The position numbers and the translations under genes were made by a program. Below, piece by piece: positions 30,771 through 40,004 of a stretch of 64,000 bases of DNA. The notes under the pieces are model-generated. The model had not been told where the DNA came from and did not search any database. It saw only the letters and a program-made list of their open reading frames with translations. Position 1 is the stretch's first letter. Each line of letters starts with the position of its first letter. Source of the stretch: PVC group bacterium (GTDB taxonomy: Bacteria; Omnitrophota; Gorgyraeia; B26-G9); the NCBI GenBank assembly GCA_024231215.1, contig JAAEQR010000072.1, positions 193,210-257,209 on the forward strand, given 5' to 3'.

Positions 30771-31238
30771 ATGAGAATTGGTTTAGGTCATGATCTTCAT
30801 CAGCTGGTAGAAGGCCGGAAGCTTTTTTTAGGGGGCATAGAGATAGCTTCTGATAAAGGCTTGTTAGGGCATTCAGATGCAGATGTTTTACTGCATGCAG
30901 TATGCGATGCAATGCTTGGCGCGGCCGGGCTGGGTGATATCGGAGAGCATTTTCCGGACACAGATCCGAAATTCAAGGATATATCTAGTGTGGTTTTGTT
31001 ACGACAAGTTTATCAGCTGGTTGGAGGCAAGGGGCATCAGATTGAAAATATTGATTGTACGATTTTTTCCGAAGCAATAAAAATTGCACCATATAAGGTT
31101 CAGATAAGAGAAAATATAAGCGACATACTTTGTATTCCTACAGAACGAATTAACATTAAAGCTAAAACGAACGAAAAACTTGGCCCAATAGGTGAGGGCA
31201 AAGCAATTGCCGCGTCTTGTGCGGTATTATTAACCTAA
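30771..31238 (+). CDS. ispF: 2-C-methyl-D-erythritol 2,4-cyclodiphosphate synthase
   Basis: 'RIGLGHDLH', '[11 protein letters not shown]', 'GDIGEHFPD', '[11 protein letters not shown]'. Confidence 0.96.
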   Translation: MRIGLGHDLHQLVEGRKLFLGGIEIASDKGLLGHSDADVLLHAVCDAMLGAAGLGDIGEHFPDTDPKFKDISSVVLLRQVYQLVGGKGHQIENIDCTIFSEAIKIAPYKVQIRENISDILCIPTERINIKAKTNEKLGPIGEGKAIAASCAVLLT

Positions 31239-31248
31239 GGAGAGAGAA

Positions 31249-31926
31249 ATGTGTGTGGATATCCTATTGTTTATCCTGATATTTTTTGTGGTAAGTATTG
31301 CATTGATAAGTTTGACGTTTAAAGATGAAATAAAGTCGACTCGGAATCGTGATCCCGCAGCCACAAATATTTTAGAGATATTACTGACTTATGCTGGACT
31401 ACATGCAATTATTTTGCATAGGATTGCACATTTTTTGAATCGGTTAAGATTGCCTTTTTTCCCGCGCTGGTTATCCCAGTTCAACCGTTGGTTTACAGGC
31501 ATAGAAATTCATCCTGCGGCACAGATTGGCAAAGGGCTATTTATTGACCATGGCATGGGTGTGGTTATCGGGGAAACCACAGTTGTTGGAGATAATGTTA
31601 CTTTATACCAGGGTGTTACTCTGGGTGGGACGGGCAAGGAACAAGGAAAACGTCATCCTAATATCGGAAATAATGTAGTGATTGGTGCCGGAGCGAAGAT
31701 ACTGGGTAATATTACGATTGGTGATAATTCTTATGTCGGAGCTAATGCTGTGGTAATTAAAGATGTTCCTGAGAACTCTACGGTTGTTGGTGTTCCCGGC
31801 CGAATTACCAAGCAGGCCGGGGAAAAGATTGAAACAGAGCTGGATCACATCCATGTACTTGATCCTTTGATGCAGACAATAGAGCAGTTGCAGAAGAGAC
31901 TTGATAGTTTAGAGAAACGAAAATAA
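31249..31926 (+). CDS. cysE: Serine O-acetyltransferase
   Basis: 'RDPAA', 'TGIEIHPAA', '[13 protein letters not shown]', 'GKRHP', hexapeptide repeats. Confidence 0.95.
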   Translation: MCVDILLFILIFFVVSIALISLTFKDEIKSTRNRDPAATNILEILLTYAGLHAIILHRIAHFLNRLRLPFFPRWLSQFNRWFTGIEIHPAAQIGKGLFIDHGMGVVIGETTVVGDNVTLYQGVTLGGTGKEQGKRHPNIGNNVVIGAGAKILGNITIGDNSYVGANAVVIKDVPENSTVVGVPGRITKQAGEKIETELDHIHVLDPLMQTIEQLQKRLDSLEKRK

Positions 31927-31993
31927 TAAATTCTTGATACAGCAAACTTTTTGTATTACATACGATTTTTTCATCGAAATCAGCAGGCTACGC

Positions 31994-32013
31994 CCCCTTG
32001 CCTTCGGCAGGGG
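31994..32013. repeat. Short REP-like hairpin with cUUCGg loop
   Basis: ccccttgcc-ttcg-gcagggg in the cysE-cysS spacer. Confidence 0.5.
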
Positions 32014-32067
32014 ACTATTTCTCTTCAAAAATTGCATGTAATCCAAAATAACTTGGATAATAAAATT

Positions 32068-33480
32068 ATGTCTATTAAAATTTACAATTCATTAACTTCC
32101 AAAAAGGAAGAATTCAAACCGCTTAAAGAAGGCGTTGTTAAGATGTATGTATGCGGGCCTACGGTATATGATGTAAGTCATATTGGGCATTTACGGGCAG
32201 CATATGTTTTTGATGTTATTCGCCGTTATTTAGAATGTAGAGAATTTAAAGTGACCTTTGTCCGGAATATTACGGATATTGACGATAAGATAATTAAAAA
32301 AGCTCAGCAGGAATTAGATGAGGATAATGAGGGGCTTAACGATAAAGTTAAAGAGGTCGCGGAAAAGTATACACGTTTGTATGAAGAAGATATGCAGAGC
32401 TTTGGCATAAAAGACCCGGATATCCAGCCTAAAGCAACAGAACATATCCAGGATATGATTTCCATGATCCGGACTTTAATTGATAAAGACATGGCTTATG
32501 CTTCAGACGGAGATGTGTATTTTTCAGTGCGTAATTTTCCTGGATACGGAAAACTTTCCCATCAGAGCGTGGATCAAATGGCTGAAGGAGTAAGAAAAGC
32601 TCAGGAGACAAACAAAAGAGACCCACTTGATTTTGCTTTATGGAAAAAGGCTAAGCCGGGCGAACCTTATTGGGAGAGTCCTTGGGGTAACGGCAGGCCG
32701 GGCTGGCATATTGAATGTTCGGTAATGAGTACTAATTATTTGGATTCTACTTTTGATATTCACGGCGGAGGCCGGGATTTGATCTTTCCACATCATGAAA
32801 ATGAAATTGCACAAGCAGAAGCAGCTACGGGAAAGCCTTTTGCTAATTGCTGGATACATAACGGCTTGCTTACAGTAGAAAAAGAAAAAATGGCGAAATC
32901 TTTAGGTAATTTTGTTACGATAAAAGAAATATTAGAGAAATATCACCCGGATGTGTTGAAAATATTTTTTCTCCAGGCGCATTATGCAAGTACAATGGAT
33001 TTTTCCTGGCAGAAAATGGAAGAAGCAAAAAAAGCCTATGAGAGAATTTTAATTTTTCTGGATAAAGCAGAAAAAATTTCAGGAGATAAAGATGGAACAG
33101 AAGTAATTGGTTCTTTTAAAGAGCAGTTTATGGAAGCTATGGATGATGATTTTAATACAGCCAAGGCACTTGCGGTATTATTTGATAGGATAAATAAATG
33201 TAATAAATTGTTTGAAAGTGATGAAGAAGATAAAGATTCTATGATACGTAGTGCTTTTGAAAATATTAAAGAAATAGCAAATGTATTCGGGTTGACCTTC
33301 TTAAAGAAAGAAAATAAGATTTCAGACTCGGAAATCGAAGAAAAAATAGAACTTCGTTTGAAATATAAAAAAGAGAAGAATTTTAAAGCTGCGGATGAGG
33401 TCCGGGACCAATTATTGGCATTGGGAATTGTGCTTGAAGATGCAAAGGACGGTAATACGGTCTGGCGGGCAGATTTATAG
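32068..33480 (+). CDS. cysS: Cysteine--tRNA ligase
   Basis: 'MYVCGPTVY', 'HIGH', 'GRPGWHIECS', 'FPHHENE', 'KMAKS'. Start moved to ATG 32068. Confidence 0.97.
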   Translation: MSIKIYNSLTSKKEEFKPLKEGVVKMYVCGPTVYDVSHIGHLRAAYVFDVIRRYLECREFKVTFVRNITDIDDKIIKKAQQELDEDNEGLNDKVKEVAEKYTRLYEEDMQSFGIKDPDIQPKATEHIQDMISMIRTLIDKDMAYASDGDVYFSVRNFPGYGKLSHQSVDQMAEGVRKAQETNKRDPLDFALWKKAKPGEPYWESPWGNGRPGWHIECSVMSTNYLDSTFDIHGGGRDLIFPHHENEIAQAEAATGKPFANCWIHNGLLTVEKEKMAKSLGNFVTIKEILEKYHPDVLKIFFLQAHYASTMDFSWQKMEEAKKAYERILIFLDKAEKISGDKDGTEVIGSFKEQFMEAMDDDFNTAKALAVLFDRINKCNKLFESDEEDKDSMIRSAFENIKEIANVFGLTFLKKENKISDSEIEEKIELRLKYKKEKNFKAADEVRDQLLALGIVLEDAKDGNTVWRADL

Positions 33481-33551
33481 GGTGCAATATTGTGAATTTA
33501 CATATAAGATTTTAAACCAAAATATATGATTTTGCTAATATTTAGTACCTC

Positions 33552-33663
33552 TTGACACCTAAAAGATAACGTGTTATACTTTTTTGTAAGATTTTAAAAA
33601 TATATTAAAATATTATTACTTTTTAAATATTTAGTATTATTAAAAGTATTTTTGTAAGATTTT
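33552..33663 (+). promoter_or_regulatory. sigma70 promoter plus two 15-bp direct repeats (candidate operators) upstream of the ROK regulator
   Basis: TTGACA (33552)-17-TGtTATACT (33575); tttttgtaagatttt at 33581-33595 and 33649-33663. Confidence 0.6.
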
Positions 33664-33700
33664 GAAATATTTATGTGGACTTGAAAAGTGAGGTGTGATT

Positions 33701-34912
33701 ATGAAAGGGGCATTATTTAAAGACCAGATTCTATCGGACCGGGAGCGAAAAAATCTTGATATACTGGAAGTTGTACGCAGGTATGGACCGGTTACCAGGA
33801 CGGAGATTTCACGCATAACAAAGTATAACATTGTGACAGTTTCTAATTATGTTAATAATTACATTAAAAAAGATTTAGTAGTAGAAAAGGGGCTTGATAT
33901 ATCAAGCGGTGGCAGAAAACCTACTTTAGTCGAGCTAAATTCCCGTAACTGCTTTGTTATTGGTATTGATATTGGGCCGGAGCATGTGATTGCCATCCTT
34001 ACTGATCTTTCTTTGAATATGATCACCAAGGTTAAAAAGGCTCGTCCCAAAGAGTCAATGGAAGATGTAGTAAGTAAATCCATAGAGCTGATCTATGAGG
34101 TGATTGAAAAATCACAGATTGAAGCTAAGAAAATAAAGGGATTGGGTATTGGAATTTCCGGGATTATTGATGCTAAGGCCGGGACAGTGAGAGATACTGA
34201 TCCTCAGCGTGGCAGAACCGCGGCCAGTTATATTTCAATTAAAAATCTGATTGAAAGAGAATTTGGCATTCCTACTTTTGTGGGTAATGATGCTACGGTA
34301 GCGGCATTTGGGGAAAAGCGGATAGGATTAGATGCTGAGATTGAAAATGTGCTTTATATGTTTTCCGATGTAGGGTGCGGTATTATTATTAAAGGAGAAA
34401 TATACGCCGGTGCCGGTGGTAGTGCAGGAGAAGTTCAATTGAATATGAATAACCAGGGGGATGACCTGATAAAGGACTTGGGATTGTTCAGGTCGGGCAG
34501 TATAAGCTTAGGGATTGTTGAATCGGCCAGAACCGCAGCTAAAGACAGCAATGGGACAAAGATCAAAGCTATAGTAAACGGGGATACAGCTTCAATTACG
34601 GCTGAAACCGTAATTGAAGCAGCGCGTCAGGGTGATAAAGTTGCTATAGAAATTTTAGAAAAAGCCGGACTTAATCTTGGAGTAAGGATTGCATATTTAA
34701 TTAATCTATTTAATCCGGAGATAGTTATTCTTGGCGGTGGTATGGAGCAAGGAGGAGATTTGATTCTTGAACCGATCAAGCGAATGGTGCGTAGGCTAGC
34801 ATTTGAAGAGCCAGCAAGTATGGTTCGAATCATTCCTTCCCGCTTAGGTGAAAATGCGGTATCGTTGGGTGCAGCAAGTTTGGTTATTCGGGAAATATTT
34901 ATACACGCGTAA
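33701..34912 (+). CDS. ROK-family transcriptional regulator
   Basis: N-terminal HTH 'GPVTRTEISRIT', 'SSGGRKP', 'VIGIDIG', 'NDATVAAFGE', 'NLFNPEIVILGG'. Confidence 0.92.
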   Translation: MKGALFKDQILSDRERKNLDILEVVRRYGPVTRTEISRITKYNIVTVSNYVNNYIKKDLVVEKGLDISSGGRKPTLVELNSRNCFVIGIDIGPEHVIAILTDLSLNMITKVKKARPKESMEDVVSKSIELIYEVIEKSQIEAKKIKGLGIGISGIIDAKAGTVRDTDPQRGRTAASYISIKNLIEREFGIPTFVGNDATVAAFGEKRIGLDAEIENVLYMFSDVGCGIIIKGEIYAGAGGSAGEVQLNMNNQGDDLIKDLGLFRSGSISLGIVESARTAAKDSNGTKIKAIVNGDTASITAETVIEAARQGDKVAIEILEKAGLNLGVRIAYLINLFNPEIVILGGGMEQGGDLILEPIKRMVRRLAFEEPASMVRIIPSRLGENAVSLGAASLVIREIFIHA

Positions 34913-34927
34913 AAAAAAGGAGAAAAA

Positions 34928-35212
34928 ATGGATCAGGAACTTAAATTTTTGAAAACAGCAGCTGTAATTTTTAAGGTTTTAGCTTGGGTTTCAGCGATTT
35001 TCTTTCTGGTTGTGACTATGATTGTGCTTTTTGGGGCAGCAGGGCCGGACACGCCTAGAGCCGCAAGCATAGTTTTCTTATTGGGCGGTGGTTTTTATTT
35101 TCTGGTTCTTTTTGGTCTTTCAGAGGCATTGAAACTTCTTTTTAGTTTATCTGCGAAAGTTGATAAGATTCTCGGGCTTCTGTCGGGAAAGCCTGTTGAT
35201 AGAAATATATAA
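34928..35212 (+). CDS. Small two-TM hypothetical membrane protein
   Basis: AAGGAG SD; two hydrophobic segments. Confidence 0.7.
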   Translation: MDQELKFLKTAAVIFKVLAWVSAIFFLVVTMIVLFGAAGPDTPRAASIVFLLGGGFYFLVLFGLSEALKLLFSLSAKVDKILGLLSGKPVDRNI

Positions 35213-35238
35213 AGGGCTAATATCGGAGGGTATTTCTT

Positions 35239-36144
35239 TTGAAAAAAGCATTGTTAGTTGCAATATGTATGATATTTTTATGTCCATTGGTCTTTGCTGA
35301 AAAACAAGAGCAGGATAAAGTGAAATTAAAATATAATTTTAAGGTTGGAGATAACTTAACTTATCATTTGAAGATGAAAGATGAGTTATTGCTTGAAGAT
35401 GAGAGGCTAGGGGGAGAGCCTTTTAAATCAACTATAAAGTCTACGGGATTTATTAATTATGAGCAAGAAGTGCAAGGGGTTGATTTGTCGGCAGACGAAA
35501 TTAAGATAAAAGTTAGTTATGGAAGAGGTAATAAGTATATGTTTCATGGGGATAAGTTAAGCTCTAATCCAGTCTCGACTGCGCTGGATGATAAAAGTAT
35601 TCTTTTGACAATGCATTTGTCTGGCAAGTTAAAAGATAAGAATGTGATAAAAGGGCAAGGATTTTCTTTGCATGATCGTGATATTATGCAATTACTCTTT
35701 GTCGAGTTCCCCGAGAATGAATTGCAGTCAGGAGATAGTTGGGTTAAAGAGAATAATTTGCCTTTAAATATTCCTTCTAGGGATGGAGTAAAGATCTTAG
35801 CAGAGAAAAGCATCAAATCAAAATATACGCTTCTTAGTATAGAGAAGAGAGGTGTTTATGATTGTGCAAAGGTTAATCTGGAAGCAAATATTAATGGTTT
35901 TCGTGATACTGCAGGGCATGGTATTATTGTTAAGGAAAAAACCCTGGTAATTATTGACGGCTTAATATATTATGATCTGGCAACAGGGTATGTGGTATAT
36001 GCTGATCTCTCTAAGTCTATACATACCAAAGAAGTTATAAAGATTGATTCTAAGCATGAAAAAGCAACTGAGGCGAGTAAAAAATCATCTCCTGGAACAA
36101 TTATTATGGACAGAGAAGTCCATACTTCTGTAGAATTATTGTAA
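35239..36144 (+). CDS. Exported beta-rich hypothetical protein (paralog of 5937..6815)
   Basis: GGAGG SD, signal peptide, and the motifs shared with 5937..6815. Confidence 0.8.
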   Translation: MKKALLVAICMIFLCPLVFAEKQEQDKVKLKYNFKVGDNLTYHLKMKDELLLEDERLGGEPFKSTIKSTGFINYEQEVQGVDLSADEIKIKVSYGRGNKYMFHGDKLSSNPVSTALDDKSILLTMHLSGKLKDKNVIKGQGFSLHDRDIMQLLFVEFPENELQSGDSWVKENNLPLNIPSRDGVKILAEKSIKSKYTLLSIEKRGVYDCAKVNLEANINGFRDTAGHGIIVKEKTLVIIDGLIYYDLATGYVVYADLSKSIHTKEVIKIDSKHEKATEASKKSSPGTIIMDREVHTSVELL

Positions 36145-36161
36145 TATGCAATCAGCTCACC

Positions 36162-36190
36162 TTGACAACTAACCCCTTGTATGGTATAAT
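36162..36190 (+). promoter_or_regulatory. Perfect-consensus sigma70 promoter of the giant-protein locus
   Basis: TTGACA (36162-36167), 17 bp, TGgTATAAT (-10 at 36185-36190). Confidence 0.8.
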
Positions 36191-36274
36191 TTTAACAGGA
36201 TAGCTGTAAGAATTTAAGACATTATAAAATGATTTTAAAAAGACATTCGTAAGTGTCTACAGCTGTTGAGGATG

Positions 36275-36408
36275 TTAAAATCCGAAAAGGCAAACCTCAG
36301 GAAATTGAGGGGCGCAAAGCTACGGGTCTAAAGCTAGATTGCTACGATCGCCGGGCGCACCGACAACGATATAGCATAAGTTATGATAGCCGAGCTGCCG
36401 AAATTTTA
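36275..36408 (+). ncRNA. c-di-GMP-I (GEMM-I) riboswitch aptamer
   Basis: ccgaaaaGGCAAACctcagGAAAttgagggGCGCAAAGCtacGGGTCTAAAGC...tatgatagccgagctGCCGAaatttta. P2 with GAAA tetraloop, P3 with receptor, P1 taaaat/atttta. G at the Vc2 G20-equivalent favours c-di-GMP over cGAMP. Confidence 0.88.
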
Positions 36409-36439
36409 GTAATTTAATTGCGGTTGTTCGGCTATTTTT
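36386..36439 (+). terminator. Riboswitch expression-platform terminator
   Basis: atagccgagctgccg...cggttgttcggctat plus T-tract. Its 5' arm overlaps the aptamer 3' strand, the usual ON-switch arrangement. Confidence 0.8.
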
Positions 36440-36454
36440 ATTTAGAAGGGAAAG

Positions 36455-36907
36455 ATGATGAAAAGAAACTTCTGGCTCAAATTGATTGCAGTATTAATCA
36501 TCCAGGCGTTATTTTTGACGCAGGTTGATTTTTCTTTGGCTGCAGTTTATCAGAGTAAAGAAGTTTTGCAGGAAGGCGTCTTGAAACTAGTGAGAATAAA
36601 AGATGCCGATACCAGCTTGATTAGCGGTATTAGCTGTGTATACTTTGCAGTATTTTCTATCTTAAGGGGATCTGGAACATCCATAACAGAATTGGTTTAC
36701 GGGGGAGAAGTACGCACAGATACTAAACATATTTATAAAGCGTTTATTCATCAGGAAGACAAGATAATTGCAGATAATACAGGTTTTAGTATTATAGAGA
36801 TTATAAATAATGGCAAACAACTAGAACAGGCAAGTACTCAAAATTCAAGAGCACCTCCGGCTGAAGAAAAAATAGCGTTGATGTTTACACAAACCCGAAC
36901 TACATAA
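36455..36907 (+). CDS. Exported leader-type protein with a RAPP motif near the C-terminus
   Basis: N-terminus resembles that of the giant protein; RAPP at aa 132-135 (36848-36859). Confidence 0.7.
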   Translation: MMKRNFWLKLIAVLIIQALFLTQVDFSLAAVYQSKEVLQEGVLKLVRIKDADTSLISGISCVYFAVFSILRGSGTSITELVYGGEVRTDTKHIYKAFIHQEDKIIADNTGFSIIEIINNGKQLEQASTQNSRAPPAEEKIALMFTQTRTT

Positions 36908-36927
36908 TTTAATAGTTCGGGTTTTTT
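36891..36927 (+). terminator. Intrinsic terminator overlapping the stop codon of the RAPP ORF
   Basis: aaacccgaacta-cataatttaa-tagttcgggttt plus ttt; the TAA (36905-36907) lies in the loop. Confidence 0.75.
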
Positions 36928-36953
36928 GTGTCTAAAATATATACAGAAGGGAG

Positions 36954-37343
36954 ATGAGAAAGATGATTGAAAAACGCAGATTTCCCAGAGTAAATCATGA
37001 GTGCCCTGTTCAGTTGAAAACAATGCGTGGAACCGGCTCTAACTTGATGAAAAATTCATTTTCTAAGAATGTAAGCCAGAGCGGAATGGAACTAGTTTCT
37101 TTTGATTTTTATCCGGTTAATGACAGGGTTCAGGTACAAGTTTTTTCAAGCAGTTATGCTAGCATGATGCAGGCAGTAGGCAGAATAGTATGGGTGCAGC
37201 AGTTACCTAACCAAGAAAAATATCGCATAGGTATTGAATTAGTGGAAGTAAGCCGTAGTGCTTACCGAAAACTTACATCTTTGGTTCAGAATACGTTGTT
37301 AAGTCATGGGATTGGATTACAGGGGGATATGAATGTTGCATAA
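36954..37343 (+). CDS. Stand-alone PilZ domain protein (c-di-GMP receptor)
   Basis: RxxxR ('RRFPR'), [D/N]xSxxG ('NVSQSG'), 'GRIVWV...YRIGIEL'. Confidence 0.9.
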   Translation: MRKMIEKRRFPRVNHECPVQLKTMRGTGSNLMKNSFSKNVSQSGMELVSFDFYPVNDRVQVQVFSSSYASMMQAVGRIVWVQQLPNQEKYRIGIELVEVSRSAYRKLTSLVQNTLLSHGIGLQGDMNVA

Positions 37344-38664
37344 GCAGAGCGTATTAACATATCTTAGACATAGTCAACAGTCTTTTTCAATATTTTGGGA
37401 CTGTTCTGCTTTGAATCTGAAGTGTTGGAGCCGGATTATAATATTTGCTTTGGTATTTATTTTATTACTTTCGACACTTGTTCGAGGTCAGTTTTCGGAT
37501 AAAGAATACGGTAGTTCTAATGGTAAACGCAAGCCGATATTAAGAGAAGATCAGATTCCGGTAAAAGACGGGGTTTCATATTCAGCATTTGAAGAGACGT
37601 CTGTTTCCAAGAGCCGGGAGTCAGAAGGAGTCAGAACTACAATTAGCGGCTTATTGGATGCGGGATATGACTTAGAGGAAGTTGTTGTGCTTTTAGAAAA
37701 ACAAGGACATAGCGCGGCATCAATTAGTATCGTTTGTCTGGATCCTCAGTTTAAACTAGATGCCAAGCAGATACATAGTGCTTTGCATAAAGCTGGGTTT
37801 TCAAAGCAGGAAGCAGATGGCGCTGTTCCTGTATCATTGCGCCAGGCAAAACAGTTATTTTATCAGCCGGCGAAGAATAATTCTAAATCAGTTATTGCAG
37901 AAAAATCATTAGAGTCTCAGGCAGTTGAATCGCTTCAAGTGAGTGCTCCGGCAGTCAAACCTTTAATAAATAGTGAAACAGAATTAAAAAGTACAATCAA
38001 TACTCTTAAACGCTCAAGGGTTTCTACTCCTCAGATTGTAGAAGTTTTAAAAGAACTTGGCGTATCTTCAGATAGTATAGTTAAAGCTTTTGATGAGATC
38101 CAAAGCGGGAGTTCAACCGATGGGTTTAATGGTCTGGGGGAATGGAAATCATTTCAAAACGCAAGATACGATAATGTAAAAAGTGAAGCAGCGATAATTG
38201 CTTCGGATATAGAACTTGTCAGTTCGCTTCGCGCTTCAGGTTATACGACTAAAGATATTGTACAAAGTATAATGTCTAGACCTAAAAATAAAAACATTTC
38301 AGATAGTTCTAATTTAATAAGAAAAATGGTTAAAATTTTATGTAAATCCGAGATTAATTTAGAAGATACCGTGAATACTTTAAAAGATAATGGGGTTTCC
38401 TCAGAAACGATTATTATTGCGTTTATGGGAAAGCCTGTTTCATTGATAGATAAAATAAAATCAGGAATGTTATTTAGCAATAATACTACTAAAACAGCTA
38501 ATAAAATTATTAAAGGAGTAGTTAACGGAGTAACTTTAAAAACTGTAATTAAAGACCTGCAGCATTCAGGTCATAAAAATAAAGATATTGTTAGTGCCCT
38601 GGATTTTTTGCAGGTTTCCGGAGTGCAGACATCTGAAATATTTAATCAGACAGCGAGGAGGTAA
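37333..38664 (+). CDS. Exported/anchored protein with helical 'LxxxG[Y/F]SxxEI' repeats
   Basis: Hydrophobic segment 'IIIFALVFILLLSTLV'; repeat domain shared with 38670..39944 and the giant N-terminus. Confidence 0.75.
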   Translation: MLHKQSVLTYLRHSQQSFSIFWDCSALNLKCWSRIIIFALVFILLLSTLVRGQFSDKEYGSSNGKRKPILREDQIPVKDGVSYSAFEETSVSKSRESEGVRTTISGLLDAGYDLEEVVVLLEKQGHSAASISIVCLDPQFKLDAKQIHSALHKAGFSKQEADGAVPVSLRQAKQLFYQPAKNNSKSVIAEKSLESQAVESLQVSAPAVKPLINSETELKSTINTLKRSRVSTPQIVEVLKELGVSSDSIVKAFDEIQSGSSTDGFNGLGEWKSFQNARYDNVKSEAAIIASDIELVSSLRASGYTTKDIVQSIMSRPKNKNISDSSNLIRKMVKILCKSEINLEDTVNTLKDNGVSSETIIIAFMGKPVSLIDKIKSGMLFSNNTTKTANKIIKGVVNGVTLKTVIKDLQHSGHKNKDIVSALDFLQVSGVQTSEIFNQTARR

Positions 38665-38669
38665 TAGCG

Positions 38670-39944
38670 ATGAAAAACTTAATAACCAGGATTTTGTGTA
38701 TAACGGTTATATTTTTATTTACGCTTGCGCCGTATTGCTTTGCAGGGTGGGGAAACGTAAGAAAAACAATAGATATGGAGACTAATAAAGATAAAGTTGA
38801 TTCTGCTCAAATAGATAATAAAGAGACTCCATATTCTCATATAAGTACACTAGAGCAAGGTAAAGCAGAGGTTAAGACTTCGAATGAAGAGACAAAAGCT
38901 ACGGTTACAGGGTTAAAAGATGCGGGTTTTTCTGTAGATGCGATTGTGAATAATTTAAAGAACGGGGGCAAAAATGCTTCTGAGATAAGTGTGGCTTGTT
39001 TAGGTTGCAATATCAGTGGCGCGGCAGTACATGCAGCGTTGATTAAATCTGGATTTTCCAAAGAAAGCGCTGATTCAGTAGTGCCGGCAGGATTAATAAA
39101 TCAAGAGTCTGAGGCTTCAATAGCACAGAGCCAAACAGGAAATACTTTAAGCGAAGTGACTGCTCCATTAATTAGTGATTTAGTTTTTGTTCCAATGGAT
39201 AATAATGTTGGAGAAGTATCAGCTAGTGTAGGAGAAGTGGCTTCTGTTGGGTTGAACGATACCAAGCAGGAAGCTTTACAGTTTGCAAAAGATGAACTTG
39301 GAGAAATGCCTCAGAAACCGGAACTTAAAGGGAGAGGTTTCTTTAGCAAAATTATTCGAATATTAGTTTTTCGTATTAAAGTTATCAATAAGATGAAAAA
39401 AGCAGAGAAGACTTCTAAAAAAATGGTAGAAAATGGATATTCTTCTGCGGAAATAGGACATGCTTTTGCTGGAATCGGATACAGTCAGAGACAGACGGCA
39501 ATATTATTAAAAACATCTGGTTTTTCGACAGAAGAAGCATATACAGGTTTGCTGGAAAGCACGGACATTTGGCAGGGGGCAGAGGAGAAAACTATTGCGA
39601 AGTCTATGATTGAAGCAGGATATAATGAAACAGAAGTTGATGCCGCTTTAATCGGTAGTCTGAAAAAACAGGGATATACAGCACAGGAAGTGGTTAATAC
39701 TATTTTTTCAGACATGCCTGAACAGCCAAAAGCAAAAGCGTTAAGTGGTTGGAGAGGTATTATGGTTAGAATCTTAAGAACTGTTTATAATCGTAATATG
39801 GAGGTAAAAGTACAAAAGGCGGAAAAAGCAGCTCAGAATATGATTCGCAGTGGATATAGTAGTGAAGAAGTAAAGGGAGCTTTTAGAAATGCAGGATTTA
39901 ATGATACAAACGCAGTTAAAATATTAAATGCCATTGGCGCGTAA
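38670..39944 (+). CDS. Exported protein with helical 'LxxxG[Y/F]SxxEI' repeats
   Basis: GAGGAGG SD, signal peptide ending 'YCFA', many repeat units. Confidence 0.8.
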   Translation: MKNLITRILCITVIFLFTLAPYCFAGWGNVRKTIDMETNKDKVDSAQIDNKETPYSHISTLEQGKAEVKTSNEETKATVTGLKDAGFSVDAIVNNLKNGGKNASEISVACLGCNISGAAVHAALIKSGFSKESADSVVPAGLINQESEASIAQSQTGNTLSEVTAPLISDLVFVPMDNNVGEVSASVGEVASVGLNDTKQEALQFAKDELGEMPQKPELKGRGFFSKIIRILVFRIKVINKMKKAEKTSKKMVENGYSSAEIGHAFAGIGYSQRQTAILLKTSGFSTEEAYTGLLESTDIWQGAEEKTIAKSMIEAGYNETEVDAALIGSLKKQGYTAQEVVNTIFSDMPEQPKAKALSGWRGIMVRILRTVYNRNMEVKVQKAEKAAQNMIRSGYSSEEVKGAFRNAGFNDTNAVKILNAIGA

Positions 39945-40004
39945 TTATTGATAAAATATATAAAAAAATGATAAACTAATAAATGAATAAACAAAGGAGA
40001 AAAA

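Noticed and set aside
36275-36408. cGAMP-sensing GEMM-Ib variant
   Set aside because: The G20-equivalent position is G (aaGGCAAAC), which favours c-di-GMP; a binding test is still needed.
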